Source: Plasmodiophora brassicae
Taxonomy: Eukaryota
Assembly: GCA_036867785.1 (NCBI GenBank)
Contig: CP145427.1
Span: 434,001-498,000, forward strand
DNA: 64,000 nucleotides
Direction: 5' to 3'
Below are positions 12,287 through 22,847 of this stretch, in pieces. Made by a program: the position numbers and the translations under genes. How positions within the stretch are numbered: position 1 is the stretch's first letter; each line of letters begins with the position of its first letter. A model generated the notes under the pieces. That model had not been told where the DNA came from. It made no database searches and was given only the letters and a program-made list of their open reading frames with translations.

Positions 12287-14068
12287 GAGCATCCCCAACC
12301 CGTAGCTATTTCCCTAGCTATAGTCAAAATTTAGCTAGAAAACAGCCCCACCCGGGCTAGCTATCGCTACTACCTCTGTTTCACAAAAAGACGGTGATTC
12401 TCCGTTTTACGCAGTTTCAAAAAAAGACGGTGATTTGTGGTTGAAGGCACGCCAACGCAGGCCCAAGGTAGAAATGACTTGGTACTGAGTGGCGAACATA
12501 CTAATGCTGATCGGGTGAGCATTACCGAATAAAATTGCTTCACGAGTTGTAGTTATCATTGTTGAATGATCTTCTGCGCGAACTCGATGACGTGGGCAGG
12601 TCAAGACGTCAGTAAGCTTGCCTTCACGACGGAGCTTGGACTTGCCGATGTGCGGCGCCTTGTATCGGTTCGATCCAGCTACCCGCATTGTTCAATCATT
12701 GACATCTGCAGCGACAGGAAAATGTCGGTTAGAGTCTCGCAGCCGAGGCTCCCGAACGACTGCACCGTCGCCGCGATGAGCTCACCAATGTTGCGCTGCT
12801 CCAGCTGATGCTTCAGGTACTCAACTACCATGCGTCGTTGGTCATCAGAGAGATTGGGCTTTCCTCTCAACGACGCATCTGCGTGGCAACCACCGCGGTC
12901 AGTGTGTGCGTCTGTTCTAGGGATGGAGAGAATCGCTTTATGGGGCTGGCTGTCATGAAGATCATGACCATTGGCTCCGCTATGAACTTGTTCGCCCATC
13001 GCAGCTACCATAAGTCGCTCTTTGCGACACACGAGAAAGCGACGCAATTCGGGCCCAAATTTTGGGCCACGCAGAGCACCTTCAAAATTTAGAACTGCGC
13101 GGCTGTATTGCTCTTCTCAAAGTCTTACAGAGCATATGCTTCAATACCGTAAATATCCAAGAATGGCCTTAATCTTTCGATGTTTCACAAATCACCGTCT
13201 TTTTGTGAAACAGAGGTAGTATATTTTTTGACTTGCCTCGCCATTTCGGCGCGAAATAGCTAGGCAAGCAAATCTCTAGCCACGGAGTTGCGCACATTTT
13301 GTCTGACTGGGAGATCGTGGGGACGGCCTCGTGGTTCCTGTTGATCGAGGGAACCATGGGCGATATGAGGCGAAGAACGGTCGTACAGGCTCGGAGTGGG
13401 CCGGAAAGGAGGGCATGTCGTCGGTGCGTGCCTATGTTGTCATTTCCCATGATCCTGGTGTAAGAAACGGGCAGAAATCAAACGAACGTATTAGCTACAA
13501 GCGTCAGCACACCCGTACGCGATGATTCGCATGGCTGCTACAACTTTCTGCCGAGTTATACCTGGAAGCCCGCCGGTGAATGAGTGGTTCTTTTCTGAAA
13601 CCATGGATCTTGTCCAAGGTCCCCGTCCATGGTCTCGCGAACAAACGTTTCTACGGAAGCGCCGCCTGAACATACAGATCAGAGGTGTTCGTTGTACATC
13701 GCACCTGCAGCAAATTATTCGCGGATGTTTCCTTCCGTACCGTATTCAGAGTTTCGTTCAGCATTGGGCCTGCGACAGTGTCTGGACCCACCAGATACGG
13801 GTTTCTGCTTCTTCTTGCTCGTGTGGTGTCGCCAGGCTAGCTCGAGAAACTGGATATTCGCCTCAGAAGCCTCTTCGAACGACGCCAGTGCTGTCATTGA
13901 AACGGAATCGAGGATTACATCCGACGACAAGCGCAATGGGCAGGAAATGCTGGCACAGTAAAGTAGCTATGGCTATCACCGGATGGGGATTGGGAAAATA
14001 GCGATCGCCAAAATTGCCGCAAAACGGACATTTTAGCTATGGCTATGGCTAGCCGGGTGGAGATGCTC
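12287..14068 (-). mobile_element. Non-autonomous PIF/Harbinger element
   Basis: TIRs GAGCATCCCCAACCCG / CGGGTGGAGATGCTC; TTA on both sides (12284-86, 14069-71); related subterminal repeats; internal transposase N-terminal relic GGSRHCRRPNAER...MFRRRFR. Confidence 0.88.
12370..13219 (-). mobile_element. Internally deleted Tc1/mariner (DD39D, Stowaway-type ends) nested in the PIF element
   Basis: Perfect about 30-bp TIR CTACCTCTGTTTCACAAAAAGACGGTGATT; TA duplication (12368-69, 13220-21); transposase relics NLSDDQRRMVVEYL and IGELIAATVQSF..TLTDIFLSLQ..GSNRYKAPHIGKSKLRREGKL. Confidence 0.9.
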
Positions 14069-14071
14069 TTA

Positions 14072-14454
14072 GGCATCTCCAACGCTAGGGGCTATTCTAT
14101 TGCTATCGCGGCCTCCGGAAGTAAAAATAGCCCCGCTTAGAAACTCCGGACACATTGCTACCCACCGCGGCAGCTGTCAAACGCTATCGCTATCCAATGG
14201 ATCCTCGTGATAAACGACTGCCAGCCAATGCCGCCCCCGAGCCGGCCCCCCACCTCTAATTTGGGAGCCACCATGCGGGGCGCAAATCGGCTTAGAACTC
14301 CGTAGCGACGGACCTCCAATCCTTGCTATTTCGGACGAAATAGCAAGGATCGCGGACATTCTATCCTATCTATAGCAATTTGGTCCGCGGTGGGAGGGAT
14401 AGAAACGTTCTATCAAGGTTAGAAATAGCAATAGCAACCGCGTTGGAGATGCCC
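14072..14454. mobile_element. Tourist-like MITE (PIF/Harbinger), 383 bp
   Basis: TIRs GGCATCTCCAACGC / GCGTTGGAGATGCCC, flanked by TTA (14069-71, 14455-57), no convincing coding sequence. Confidence 0.88.
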
Positions 14455-14840
14455 TTACCCGTCAAGAAGCTGATCGATGACCTCAAGGAGTGCGCGGAGG
14501 ATCCGTGGAAAGATCGCGAGGCAGGTACGTGAAGACCCGGCTGATCAACGGAGCCATATTGTCGCTGGTCCGACGCCTGGACGCGAGTCGGGAGGACGTG
14601 GGGAACTATGTGCTGTCCAGATGCATGCACCCTGCCGTGCGGGCGCGCGTCGGGGCGTCGACGTGGCTGACGTCATTGCAGATTGACAAACAATGGGAAG
14701 AACGAAAGTCGCGTCGACGTGCTGCAATCAGGGGTGGTGATCCCCTGGCGACTGGCGGTGATCAAGAAAGTATTTATTCCCACAAATGTTTATGGTGCAT
14801 GACTACAGTGAGGGAGACCAAATTAGTCTACGAACGAACC

Positions 14841-15709
14841 TTAGTTGTGTCCCGACGTCGCTGCTGATATCGATATTGCTGTCAGGCGAAACATCATCCG
14901 ACGAAATCGGTGAAGCAACGTGTCCCGGTGCGGAGGAAGGAGGCCATGGGTGGGAACCAATCCGAGGCGTCGACCATGGTCATTCGACCTTATCCATGGA
15001 CCCAAGATAACCTGCACGTCTCCGATTAGGCCTTCACATGAGCGGATCCCCGGAATCAGTGTCTCGTCCGTGTGGACAGGACCTGCGCCTCCGACGTGAG
15101 TTGGACGACGTCGGCGTTGGCAAGGTCGCGCCCTCGCCCGGCTGTTCGGAACGTGACTATATGATGCACAACAGTAGCTCCTGCAATAACCACAGGGTAT
15201 TGGGTAGACTGGCGCGCGCGGCAAACGTCGTCGTCGCTGCCGTGCCCGACAAGAAGCAGGGAAATCCCGTTCCTCGAAGGAAGCAACTGGAACGATACCG
15301 CGGTTTTGAACAGCTTCGCAATGTGATCCAGAACACGATCTGGGATATCGAGTAGGCCGTGGACGCTCAGCTGAGGGAACGGATCATCGCAACTCGTGTC
15401 GCCCGATGAGCCAGGACGCGCATCGCCCTCGGACGCTTCTCTAGTGTGAGGCGGGGACCCGATCACGATGGCGTACGGGATCAGACCGCCGATGCTATCC
15501 ATGCAGACCGCCGCATCGATTTCATCATAGGACGTGTAACCGGCGAGCAGGTATGGCGGGTGCGAGCAGATGGTACGCGCGTTCGGCAACCAGACCTGGT
15601 GGACGAGCGCCGAATCCAACGCCGTGAAGCGGACGCGATAGTCCCGCCCGAACAGCGGCGCGCCAGCGAACTTTGCAACTTCCATGACCACCCTGTCGTT
15701 CACCGACAT
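14841..15709 (-). pseudogene. Second decayed paralog of the chymotrypsin-fold protease family (frameshifted, 3'-truncated)
   Basis: IPDRVLDHIAKLFKTAVSFQLL..SLLLVG..YPVVIAG, then in another frame LIPGIRSC..VILGPWIR..LGLVPTHGLL; about 14920-15410 is a nucleotide-level repeat of about 10140-10525. Confidence 0.7.
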
Positions 15710-16639
15710 TCTTCCGATTGGTAAGGCCGCGGTCCGCCGAGCCGTACCGGCCGCCGGGCGCGGCGCTCTGAAAACCGCCCGAAATCGCCCACCCTCAAGG
15801 TGGCCGGATCACTCGCCACCACCCCAGGCCGGGTCTGGGCCCTGAACCGACACCGTGCCCTGGTCAGTGCCCACGTGTCGGGCTCGGTCGTGCAACGAAA
15901 CGCTGGCGCGGCTCAAGGCGCCGCAGAGCTCCGGTGCGAAGGCCGGTCGACGTCGAGGGTCTGTACGAGGAGTCCAACCGAGACGCTGGGCAACAGGATG
16001 ACCCGGGGTAACGTCGGCGGCAATACGTCGGCGGCGACCAGCAGGTCACCTGATCCGAGTTGCCCTCCAGGTGGACGCTTATGTCCAGCAGCGACGCGAA
16101 GCGCTAGCCATGTGCAGCGGGTGGATTCTGGACTACGACCCCCATGTCGTTCGTCAGCCGGTGGCCGGGCGTCCACTGCACGCGGCCACATTGACTGGCA
16201 TGGTCTGCAGAGTTCGCGTTCCGTACCGGAGGAACCGGCGCCAGCCTGGACGAGCCACTCACTCGCCGGGTCCGAAAACGTGCCGGTTTCGGCGACCGTG
16301 GTTGGAGGAATGAAGCGTGATGTTCAGAATGAATTGACAGAGTGAGTAAATGACGCCATATGATCAATGACGTAATGATCCATAACAATGGGTTCAACAG
16401 GACAGGAAGAGTGCGGGAAGTGGCGGACCACTCGGACTCCGTGACACCGTGAAGGAGTCTGATCGCAGTCCGCACGGAGTTCGACGCCGGGTCTCCCGGA
16501 GTGCACTCGAATCCGAATGCCTACCTCGGCGGCAGCGTCTCAGGTGCGAATTGGGATCTGTCCCTTGTCCTCGTTTACCTCATTGCTGTCGGCGTTTCAG
16601 TTGCTCGCGGAATGCAGACTCATGAAGGGTGCCTGCCAT

Positions 16640-16930
16640 GATGGCGGATAATCGAATCGTTAACTCTGGTGGCGACGATGGGACGGCAACTGGCTTGGCT
16701 GATACACTCATATCGAGTGTGTCGAAATTTATTCCCCATGCATGAATCCGCGCACCGGGAGCGTCTAACTGGTATGGCCTTCGATGGCCAGTACATTCGT
16801 GACGGTGTTCCTGCAGTTATTCGTGACATCGTTCAGATGACACGATGTCACGAACAACTGCAGGAACACCGTCACGAATGTACTGGCCATCGAAGGCCAT
16901 ACCAGTTAGACGCTCCCGATACTCGGATTC
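16640..16930 (+). mobile_element. Possible hAT-like transposase relic
   Basis: Frameshifted DGTATGLADTLISSVSKF...RLTGMAFDGQY resembles the region around the second catalytic Asp of hAT transposases; no TIRs found. Confidence 0.3.
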
Positions 16931-17511
16931 ATGGGGAATAAAAGGCATCCAGACCGCGTTCGTCATGAGTGCGCCTGCGGTTGGAGCCAATCCCGTTTGG
17001 TGCTAGCTGAATCTGGAGCGGGAAGCGGGTGGCTCCAGGTCCCCAGGACGCACACGCGACGTTCGCTGACCTGTTTGGACAATCGCGTCGATCGTGCCGT
17101 CATTGTTCAGGTGCCGGGAGAGGACGTAAGGTCTCCTGCGGTCGACTGGCAACAAGCAAGTGCTCGGCCGAGGCATGATATCGCGTCTGTTGAACGGTAT
17201 CCGGCGGATCGCATCCCCATGCCGGCAAGACGCGCGTCCTGTCACGTGCAGGCATACACTGTCTGGCGACGGCGACGTTTACGCGTCATCATATCAGCCC
17301 TGTGATCGTCGCTCGCCAGGCGATCCTGCTTATGTACCCCCTGCCATCGACCATGGGCGCGAAGCTGGGACAGCGGCGCGACTCTCCGTGCCAACCGTTC
17401 TGTCCGGTATACAGGTCCAGCGAGGCACCACCAGCCAGCCGGTCAGGAGCTCCAATTCTGTGCATTCTCATTACAAAGGACGGCGCTTGCTCATTCCTGG
17501 TGTTTGCTGCG

Positions 17512-17708
17512 TGTGCTAACGCCGCCGCTGCCCACTACGGGGGCGGTCGGTCGCAAGAGTCGGCGCCTGGTGATATAACGAACTGATGTATTTGGACAGG
17601 ATCGTCACAGCAAGGGCCGCTGCGGGGTCGAGTACGGTCATGATCATGTGACCGGGTGGCAGCAGCATCTGAGCAGCATCATCTGAGTACTGGTACTCTG
17701 GATGAACA
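17512..17708 (-). repeat. 3' LTR
   Basis: Identical by eye to 22651..22847. Confidence 0.96.
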
Positions 17709-17717
17709 CTCCCCGTG

Positions 17718-20700
17718 TTAGAAATCTGCTAACAGTCGTGAGCAGAGCGGGTCTCCTTCGGCTTGTCGTTCGAGGAAGGCCCTGACGATATCAGGAACAT
17801 CGGCCGCCATGACCGAGTAAGGTTCCCATGAATTGTCGGTGGCATCGAATCCGATCCAGTTGATCAGTAGTTCAGTGTCACCTGACGTAGAGTTGACTCG
17901 AATGTCCTCGACTGCGTTGACTTGGTAAGCCACGCCGGTGAGCGCGATGTTGTGCTTCAGGGAAGAGGTGACATTCAAGTGCGCATCTGCATAGAACATT
18001 AAGCGCTGGGCGTGTACATCTGAGATACGATCAGTCAAGAGATCTCGAACTCGATACACCCAGTCGTTGCTGGTGTCGATAATCTGGGCAGGTCCAGTCC
18101 AGTTGTACTCGGACTTGGAGTGCTTGCCATGGTTGGCCACGAGAACATAGTCGCCCGTCGTGAAGTTGATCTCGCGAACATTGCGTCGGCGACGCCGGGC
18201 GCGTTGCTTGAGATCACGTAGATGGGTGCGTGTACGTGCCACTGCTTTGTGCATGTCCTCGAGAGAATCGATAAGTTCCGTCGTCATTTCCTTTAGACGG
18301 TCAGGGGTCAACGGTACGTCGATAACCGCGTCGATGCGTTTGTTGAAGATAATCGAGATAGGTGTCGAGGGTGGCAAACCCGTAAACATCGTGACAGGCG
18401 CGTAGCCCACACTTGATCGAACAGTGTGATTTACCGTCATGTTGATCAGCGGAAGGACATACGGCCAATCCTGGAATGGAAGATTTAGCTCGGAGAGGAG
18501 GGACTTCAGCAGAAAGAGAAGCCGCTTGTTGACAACCTCAACCGTGCCGTTCGCCCAAGGTGTGTAGGCAGTTGTGAAATGATGGTTGCAGTGTAACCGG
18601 CTATTAAGCTCGGCGATAACCGCGTTTTTGAAGTGTGTGCCGCGGTCAGAGACATGTTGGAAAACAATGCCGAAACGTTTGAACCAATCCAGAAGAGATT
18701 CGGCGACAACGCTGTGATCCGCGAATTGACAAGGAATTAACTCGACGAATGCCGTGGCGTCGTCCTTCAGAACCAGAACATAACGAAGTTGATGAGAATC
18801 GCCTGGACGAGGTTTGGATAAGAACAGAAAGTCATAGTGGATGACCTTATTGGGCTTGTCCGCATGCATAGCCGTGCCAAAAGGTCGGGGAATCATCGAA
18901 TCTTTGTTGCGTAGGCAGTGTAAGCATTTGTCCACAAATGCACGAACAAAGGAATCCAGATCAGGCCACCAGAAGAGTTGTGCGATGCTCGAAATAGTCG
19001 ATGCAGCAGGTTGATGACCAGACAGTCCCATATGTGAAATCACTGCGATGCGTAGCTGCAGTGCATGTGATGGTACCCAGAGTTGATTGTCTGGAGTACG
19101 CCAGCCAGATTCCGGGCTAAGGTGGAGAGACATGTCCCCTTCGAGTTGGAGAATATCGGAAACGGCAGATAGGTCGTGTTGGCGAATGTAGTCGGTCTGA
19201 GCGTTACTAATCTCGTCGACAGACGGCCAGATAAACTCATCGGTCATCTTGTAATCGTCGAAGTCAAGATTAATTGCCATATGACGAATAGAACGGAACG
19301 ATGGAGGGGAAAATGAGGAGAGTGGTTGCAGGGCGACGCCCCACCGCGTGGCGAGGTCGGCCCAAACGTTGTCCTCCCCAGCAATGTGCTCAATGTGAAA
19401 ATCTAGGTCGATAATCTGAAGTCGCCAGCGCTCCAAGCGATCGCCGGTCGTCCGACTAATTCGTGCAACCGAGGCTGGGTTCAGAATGAAAACCAAATTA
19501 CGGTGGTCTGTGAAGATTCGAAGTGCCAGCTTTGACATAGAGATGAAGTGTCTGAGGCGATAGCAGCCTTCAATGATGGCGTAGGCCTCCTTCTCAATGG
19601 TCGCCCACTTCAATTGAGAACCACGGAATGTCCCCGAGATGAACGACAAAGGTTCGTGGTGTTGCTCACCGTACGGGAGATCAATATCTTCCGGAGGGAT
19701 CTGCGACAGGAAAACAGACCAGAAACGGTCACTCGCATCCGGAAAGAGACACATGATCCATTCGTCCTTGGGGTGCGCCAGCGTCATGGCCTCCGATAGT
19801 CGATGCTTCAGAGAATTGAAACTGGTGAGATGGTCAGTGGTCCAGCCGATGTCGGCTAAACGAACTCGACGTAGGTGTGATTTCTTCAGACTGCTGACAG
19901 AACGAGAAGCGGACAGAAGTAGATCCTGTAGCGGATGAACATGTGCCGCGAATTGAGGGATAACAGAACGGACCCAATTGAGGCCCGAGAGGAACTGTTG
20001 GAGATCAGCAGCCGTGATAGGAGTTGATAGATCGTGCAAGGCGTTGAGATACGAGCGATCGAACGACACTCCATCAGCGGATATAACGCGACCGCACCAT
20101 GTCACTGAAGTGAGATATAACTGGCAGCGATCAGGGTTGAGTTTAACTCCAAACTCGTCGAAAGCGTTGAGAAGAGATTCGAGTGTGTCCATGTAGGCTC
20201 CGAATCCAGATACGTAGCCGAGGATATCGTCGATCCAGAGTAGGGCGCAGATATATAGAAGTTTCCCCAACACCTGTTGCATTCCCGCCTGGAACGCAAA
20301 CACGCAATCAGCGATTCCCTGGATGATGCGCCTGGGTGTAAACGTGGCGATGTGCGTCATGAACGAGCAGGCCTCCTGCGAATCAGGGTGCAACGGAAAT
20401 TGCCAATAGCCTTTAAAGGCATCGAACAGCATGAAGATGGTCGCGGAACGTAGGTAGGTCAGGATGATGTCGATGTGAGGCATCGGCCATGCAATGCGTT
20501 CGGTCTGTTTGTTGACGGCTTCATTGATGTCGACGGTCAGCCGATGGCCGCGAACCTCCGTGTCCTTCTTGTCGACGACCAGACACGGCGACGCGTACCT
20601 GCTGTGCGGATTGCGGTACACAAAATCGTTTTCCGCCAAGGTTCCTACGTGATCATCCATGAATTTTTGATGTTCGAGGGTATACCTTCGTGTTCGGCAA

Positions 20701-22607
20701 CGAACAGGACGAGCATCTGCTTTGAAGTGTAGTTTCAGTGGACTTACTTTCGCAGGTGGATCACGGCCAAGCTTCGTTCGCCATATGTCTTTGTGTCGAT
20801 TGACAGTTGTGCGTAGACGCGGGACTTGATCGTTAGGGAAACCGGAGTCAGTTGCACGTTGTATCATCCGGTCTATTGCCCTGTCCACGTCTGTATCGGA
20901 GTGTTCTCCGATTTCGACATCATAGTCGTCACCCGGATCATTGGTGTCCAATTGGGGCTCATGATCGCGAGTTGTTCCACTTACCTCCGGGTGTCTTACC
21001 GCTCTCATCGTGATCCCTTGACCACCTGGGGCGTGACGTTCCGGGGTCGGATCCGCTTCGATGATGATAGGACCATTTGCCTCGATTAACATCTCCTTCA
21101 GTTGTGTAGCTGGATTGATACCCAACGCGTCCAGTTCCGGGGCTCCTAAAAGGACAATGTCATCAGATAGGTCTTCGCGACATACGTTGATTTCCCGCCC
21201 GCGTAGATGTGCAGGTTTGCCATGCGAAGGTGGGACAATGGTGATGTCCACGATCGCTGTGGCGACAATTGTTGTCGTAGCCCCGATCGTTGCAAGTTTC
21301 GCCTCCGTTGGATGGTCGAACACTTTGACTGGGACATGCTGGATGGCTTGAATCCGTAGCAGTTGCGATTGCGAAATGACGGTCTTCGTCGCACCACTAT
21401 CGGCTTCGAATGGAAGGTCGAGCGAGTTCTGGAAGCGAAGTCTCATAGGGGACGGTGTTGACGGCGACGGCGGGCCCATGCGCTTTGCCGTGTCTGCGTT
21501 GCCCTTACTCTCCTCCTTCTCTTTGCGCTCTTTCTGGAACTTTTCAATGGCAGCTTTGCGTTCTCCTTGAGTTGCCTTCGGGCACACTTGGACCCAGTGC
21601 TGCTCCTTGCAGATTAGGCAACCTGCCTTTGGAGGATCCTTACCTTCGAAACGTTTTCGGATGTGCTCGGGGATGTCCCTCGATTCGTCTTTCGTTTGCG
21701 ATGTGGACGATTGAGCTGTCTTCAGTCCGATCGGATTTGTCGGATGCTTGCCGCCATTCCTATTCGGAGCAACAACGTCCTTACCTTTCTTACCTGCAGG
21801 TGGGGACATGGTCTGCGCTGGAGACTTCTTCTTCTCAGCTTGCAGCCGGAAGTGTTTGTCCTGCTCTTTGGCAAGACGGTCGACGAGGTCGAAGAATTTG
21901 AGCTCGTCCTTCTCAGCGTCCCTGCACCCTCCGAACTCGATCGCGCGTTCGACTAGAACCGCAAGGTCAGTGGGACGGATACCTCCGCGTAATACCTTGA
22001 TCTTGCGCTTGGTTCCTTTCGTTCCTTTGGCGTATGTGTCTTGTAGCCCATAGTCGTCGATTAGCTCATCGAACTTGGCGAAGAAAGACGTGACACGTTC
22101 CTCAATACTCTTGATTGACAGGTTCATGACCACTGTCTTCGTGAGAAGCGCCTTGATGTCTGTCGAACTCTCGACATCAGCCTCCCTGCGTTGGACTGAC
22201 CTCAAGTAGCTCATGATGTCGCCATCCGTGATCGTGCTGGCGGGTTGACGTAGGCGATATTTCGACATCCCTCTGAGGACGTCCTCGGTAATGCATGACT
22301 TCACCGTTGGCGGATGAATATCCTCCTTGTAGATCAGTCGGCGCTCGTTAACGATCTCGACGTGTTTCCTATATTTCTTGAGGAAATCGTTAATTCCGTC
22401 CTTGGCCGTAAGGCTCAGGGTACGTAGGATGGGCGGTTTCAAAGGCATAAAGATCGGGCTCTTACCGTGCAGGTTTGTTGACTGAAGCCCTCGATCGATT
22501 TCGTCATCTGTCGACGATTCATGCTCCTTGGCCTCGGCGTCGGAGTTGGTCCTGGCGTCGTCCTCCATCTGTAGACGAACGGGCGCTCTGCGGCCACCTC
22601 CTGCCAT
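17718..22607 (-). CDS. Single-ORF gag-pol polyprotein, 1629 aa (gag, Zn knuckle, protease, RT, RNase H, integrase, chromodomain)
   Basis: CLICKEQHWVQVC; ADSGAT; FDAFKGYWQ; WIDD; PDAS...EKEAYAI...TDHRNL; H..H..CLHC; HYDF/SDRGTHF/GTVE; LLINWIGFDATDNSWEP. Confidence 0.96.
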   Translation of the reverse strand: MAGGGRRAPVRLQMEDDARTNSDAEAKEHESSTDDEIDRGLQSTNLHGKSPIFMPLKPPILRTLSLTAKDGINDFLKKYRKHVEIVNERRLIYKEDIHPPTVKSCITEDVLRGMSKYRLRQPASTITDGDIMSYLRSVQRREADVESSTDIKALLTKTVVMNLSIKSIEERVTSFFAKFDELIDDYGLQDTYAKGTKGTKRKIKVLRGGIRPTDLAVLVERAIEFGGCRDAEKDELKFFDLVDRLAKEQDKHFRLQAEKKKSPAQTMSPPAGKKGKDVVAPNRNGGKHPTNPIGLKTAQSSTSQTKDESRDIPEHIRKRFEGKDPPKAGCLICKEQHWVQVCPKATQGERKAAIEKFQKERKEKEESKGNADTAKRMGPPSPSTPSPMRLRFQNSLDLPFEADSGATKTVISQSQLLRIQAIQHVPVKVFDHPTEAKLATIGATTTIVATAIVDITIVPPSHGKPAHLRGREINVCREDLSDDIVLLGAPELDALGINPATQLKEMLIEANGPIIIEADPTPERHAPGGQGITMRAVRHPEVSGTTRDHEPQLDTNDPGDDYDVEIGEHSDTDVDRAIDRMIQRATDSGFPNDQVPRLRTTVNRHKDIWRTKLGRDPPAKVSPLKLHFKADARPVRCRTRRYTLEHQKFMDDHVGTLAENDFVYRNPHSRYASPCLVVDKKDTEVRGHRLTVDINEAVNKQTERIAWPMPHIDIILTYLRSATIFMLFDAFKGYWQFPLHPDSQEACSFMTHIATFTPRRIIQGIADCVFAFQAGMQQVLGKLLYICALLWIDDILGYVSGFGAYMDTLESLLNAFDEFGVKLNPDRCQLYLTSVTWCGRVISADGVSFDRSYLNALHDLSTPITAADLQQFLSGLNWVRSVIPQFAAHVHPLQDLLLSASRSVSSLKKSHLRRVRLADIGWTTDHLTSFNSLKHRLSEAMTLAHPKDEWIMCLFPDASDRFWSVFLSQIPPEDIDLPYGEQHHEPLSFISGTFRGSQLKWATIEKEAYAIIEGCYRLRHFISMSKLALRIFTDHRNLVFILNPASVARISRTTGDRLERWRLQIIDLDFHIEHIAGEDNVWADLATRWGVALQPLSSFSPPSFRSIRHMAINLDFDDYKMTDEFIWPSVDEISNAQTDYIRQHDLSAVSDILQLEGDMSLHLSPESGWRTPDNQLWVPSHALQLRIAVISHMGLSGHQPAASTISSIAQLFWWPDLDSFVRAFVDKCLHCLRNKDSMIPRPFGTAMHADKPNKVIHYDFLFLSKPRPGDSHQLRYVLVLKDDATAFVELIPCQFADHSVVAESLLDWFKRFGIVFQHVSDRGTHFKNAVIAELNSRLHCNHHFTTAYTPWANGTVEVVNKRLLFLLKSLLSELNLPFQDWPYVLPLINMTVNHTVRSSVGYAPVTMFTGLPPSTPISIIFNKRIDAVIDVPLTPDRLKEMTTELIDSLEDMHKAVARTRTHLRDLKQRARRRRRNVREINFTTGDYVLVANHGKHSKSEYNWTGPAQIIDTSNDWVYRVRDLLTDRISDVHAQRLMFYADAHLNVTSSLKHNIALTGVAYQVNAVEDIRVNSTSGDTELLINWIGFDATDNSWEPYSVMAADVPDIVRAFLERQAEGDPLCSRLLADF

Positions 22608-22650
22608 TAAGTGAGTTCGTTTGCTTGGGGCTCTTTGCGCAAGAAGCTTC

Positions 22651-22847
22651 TGTGCTAACGCCGCCGCTGCCCACTACGGGGGCGGTCGGTCGCAAGAGTC
22701 GGCGCCTGGTGATATAACGAACTGATGTATTTGGACAGGATCGTCACAGCAAGGGCCGCTGCGGGGTCGAGTACGGTCATGATCATGTGACCGGGTGGCA
22801 GCAGCATCTGAGCAGCATCATCTGAGTACTGGTACTCTGGATGAACA
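22651..22847 (-). repeat. 5' LTR
   Basis: Identical by eye to 17512..17708. Confidence 0.96.

Larger units (their letters stand above)
17512..22847 (-). mobile_element. Full-length Ty3/gypsy (chromovirus-type) LTR retrotransposon, 5336 bp
   Basis: Two 197-bp LTRs (TG...CA), 5-bp TSD CTGCG (17507-11, 22848-52), short purine tract GGGGAG before the 3' LTR, intact polyprotein. Confidence 0.97.

Noticed and set aside
17655-17700. LTR shares the 9-mers CAGCATCTG and GTACTGGTA with the 26-bp minisatellite
   Set aside because: Too short and differently spaced to support common origin without statistics
22608-22847. Tf1-type self-priming of the LTR element
   Set aside because: No LTR segment complementary to the post-LTR sequence was found
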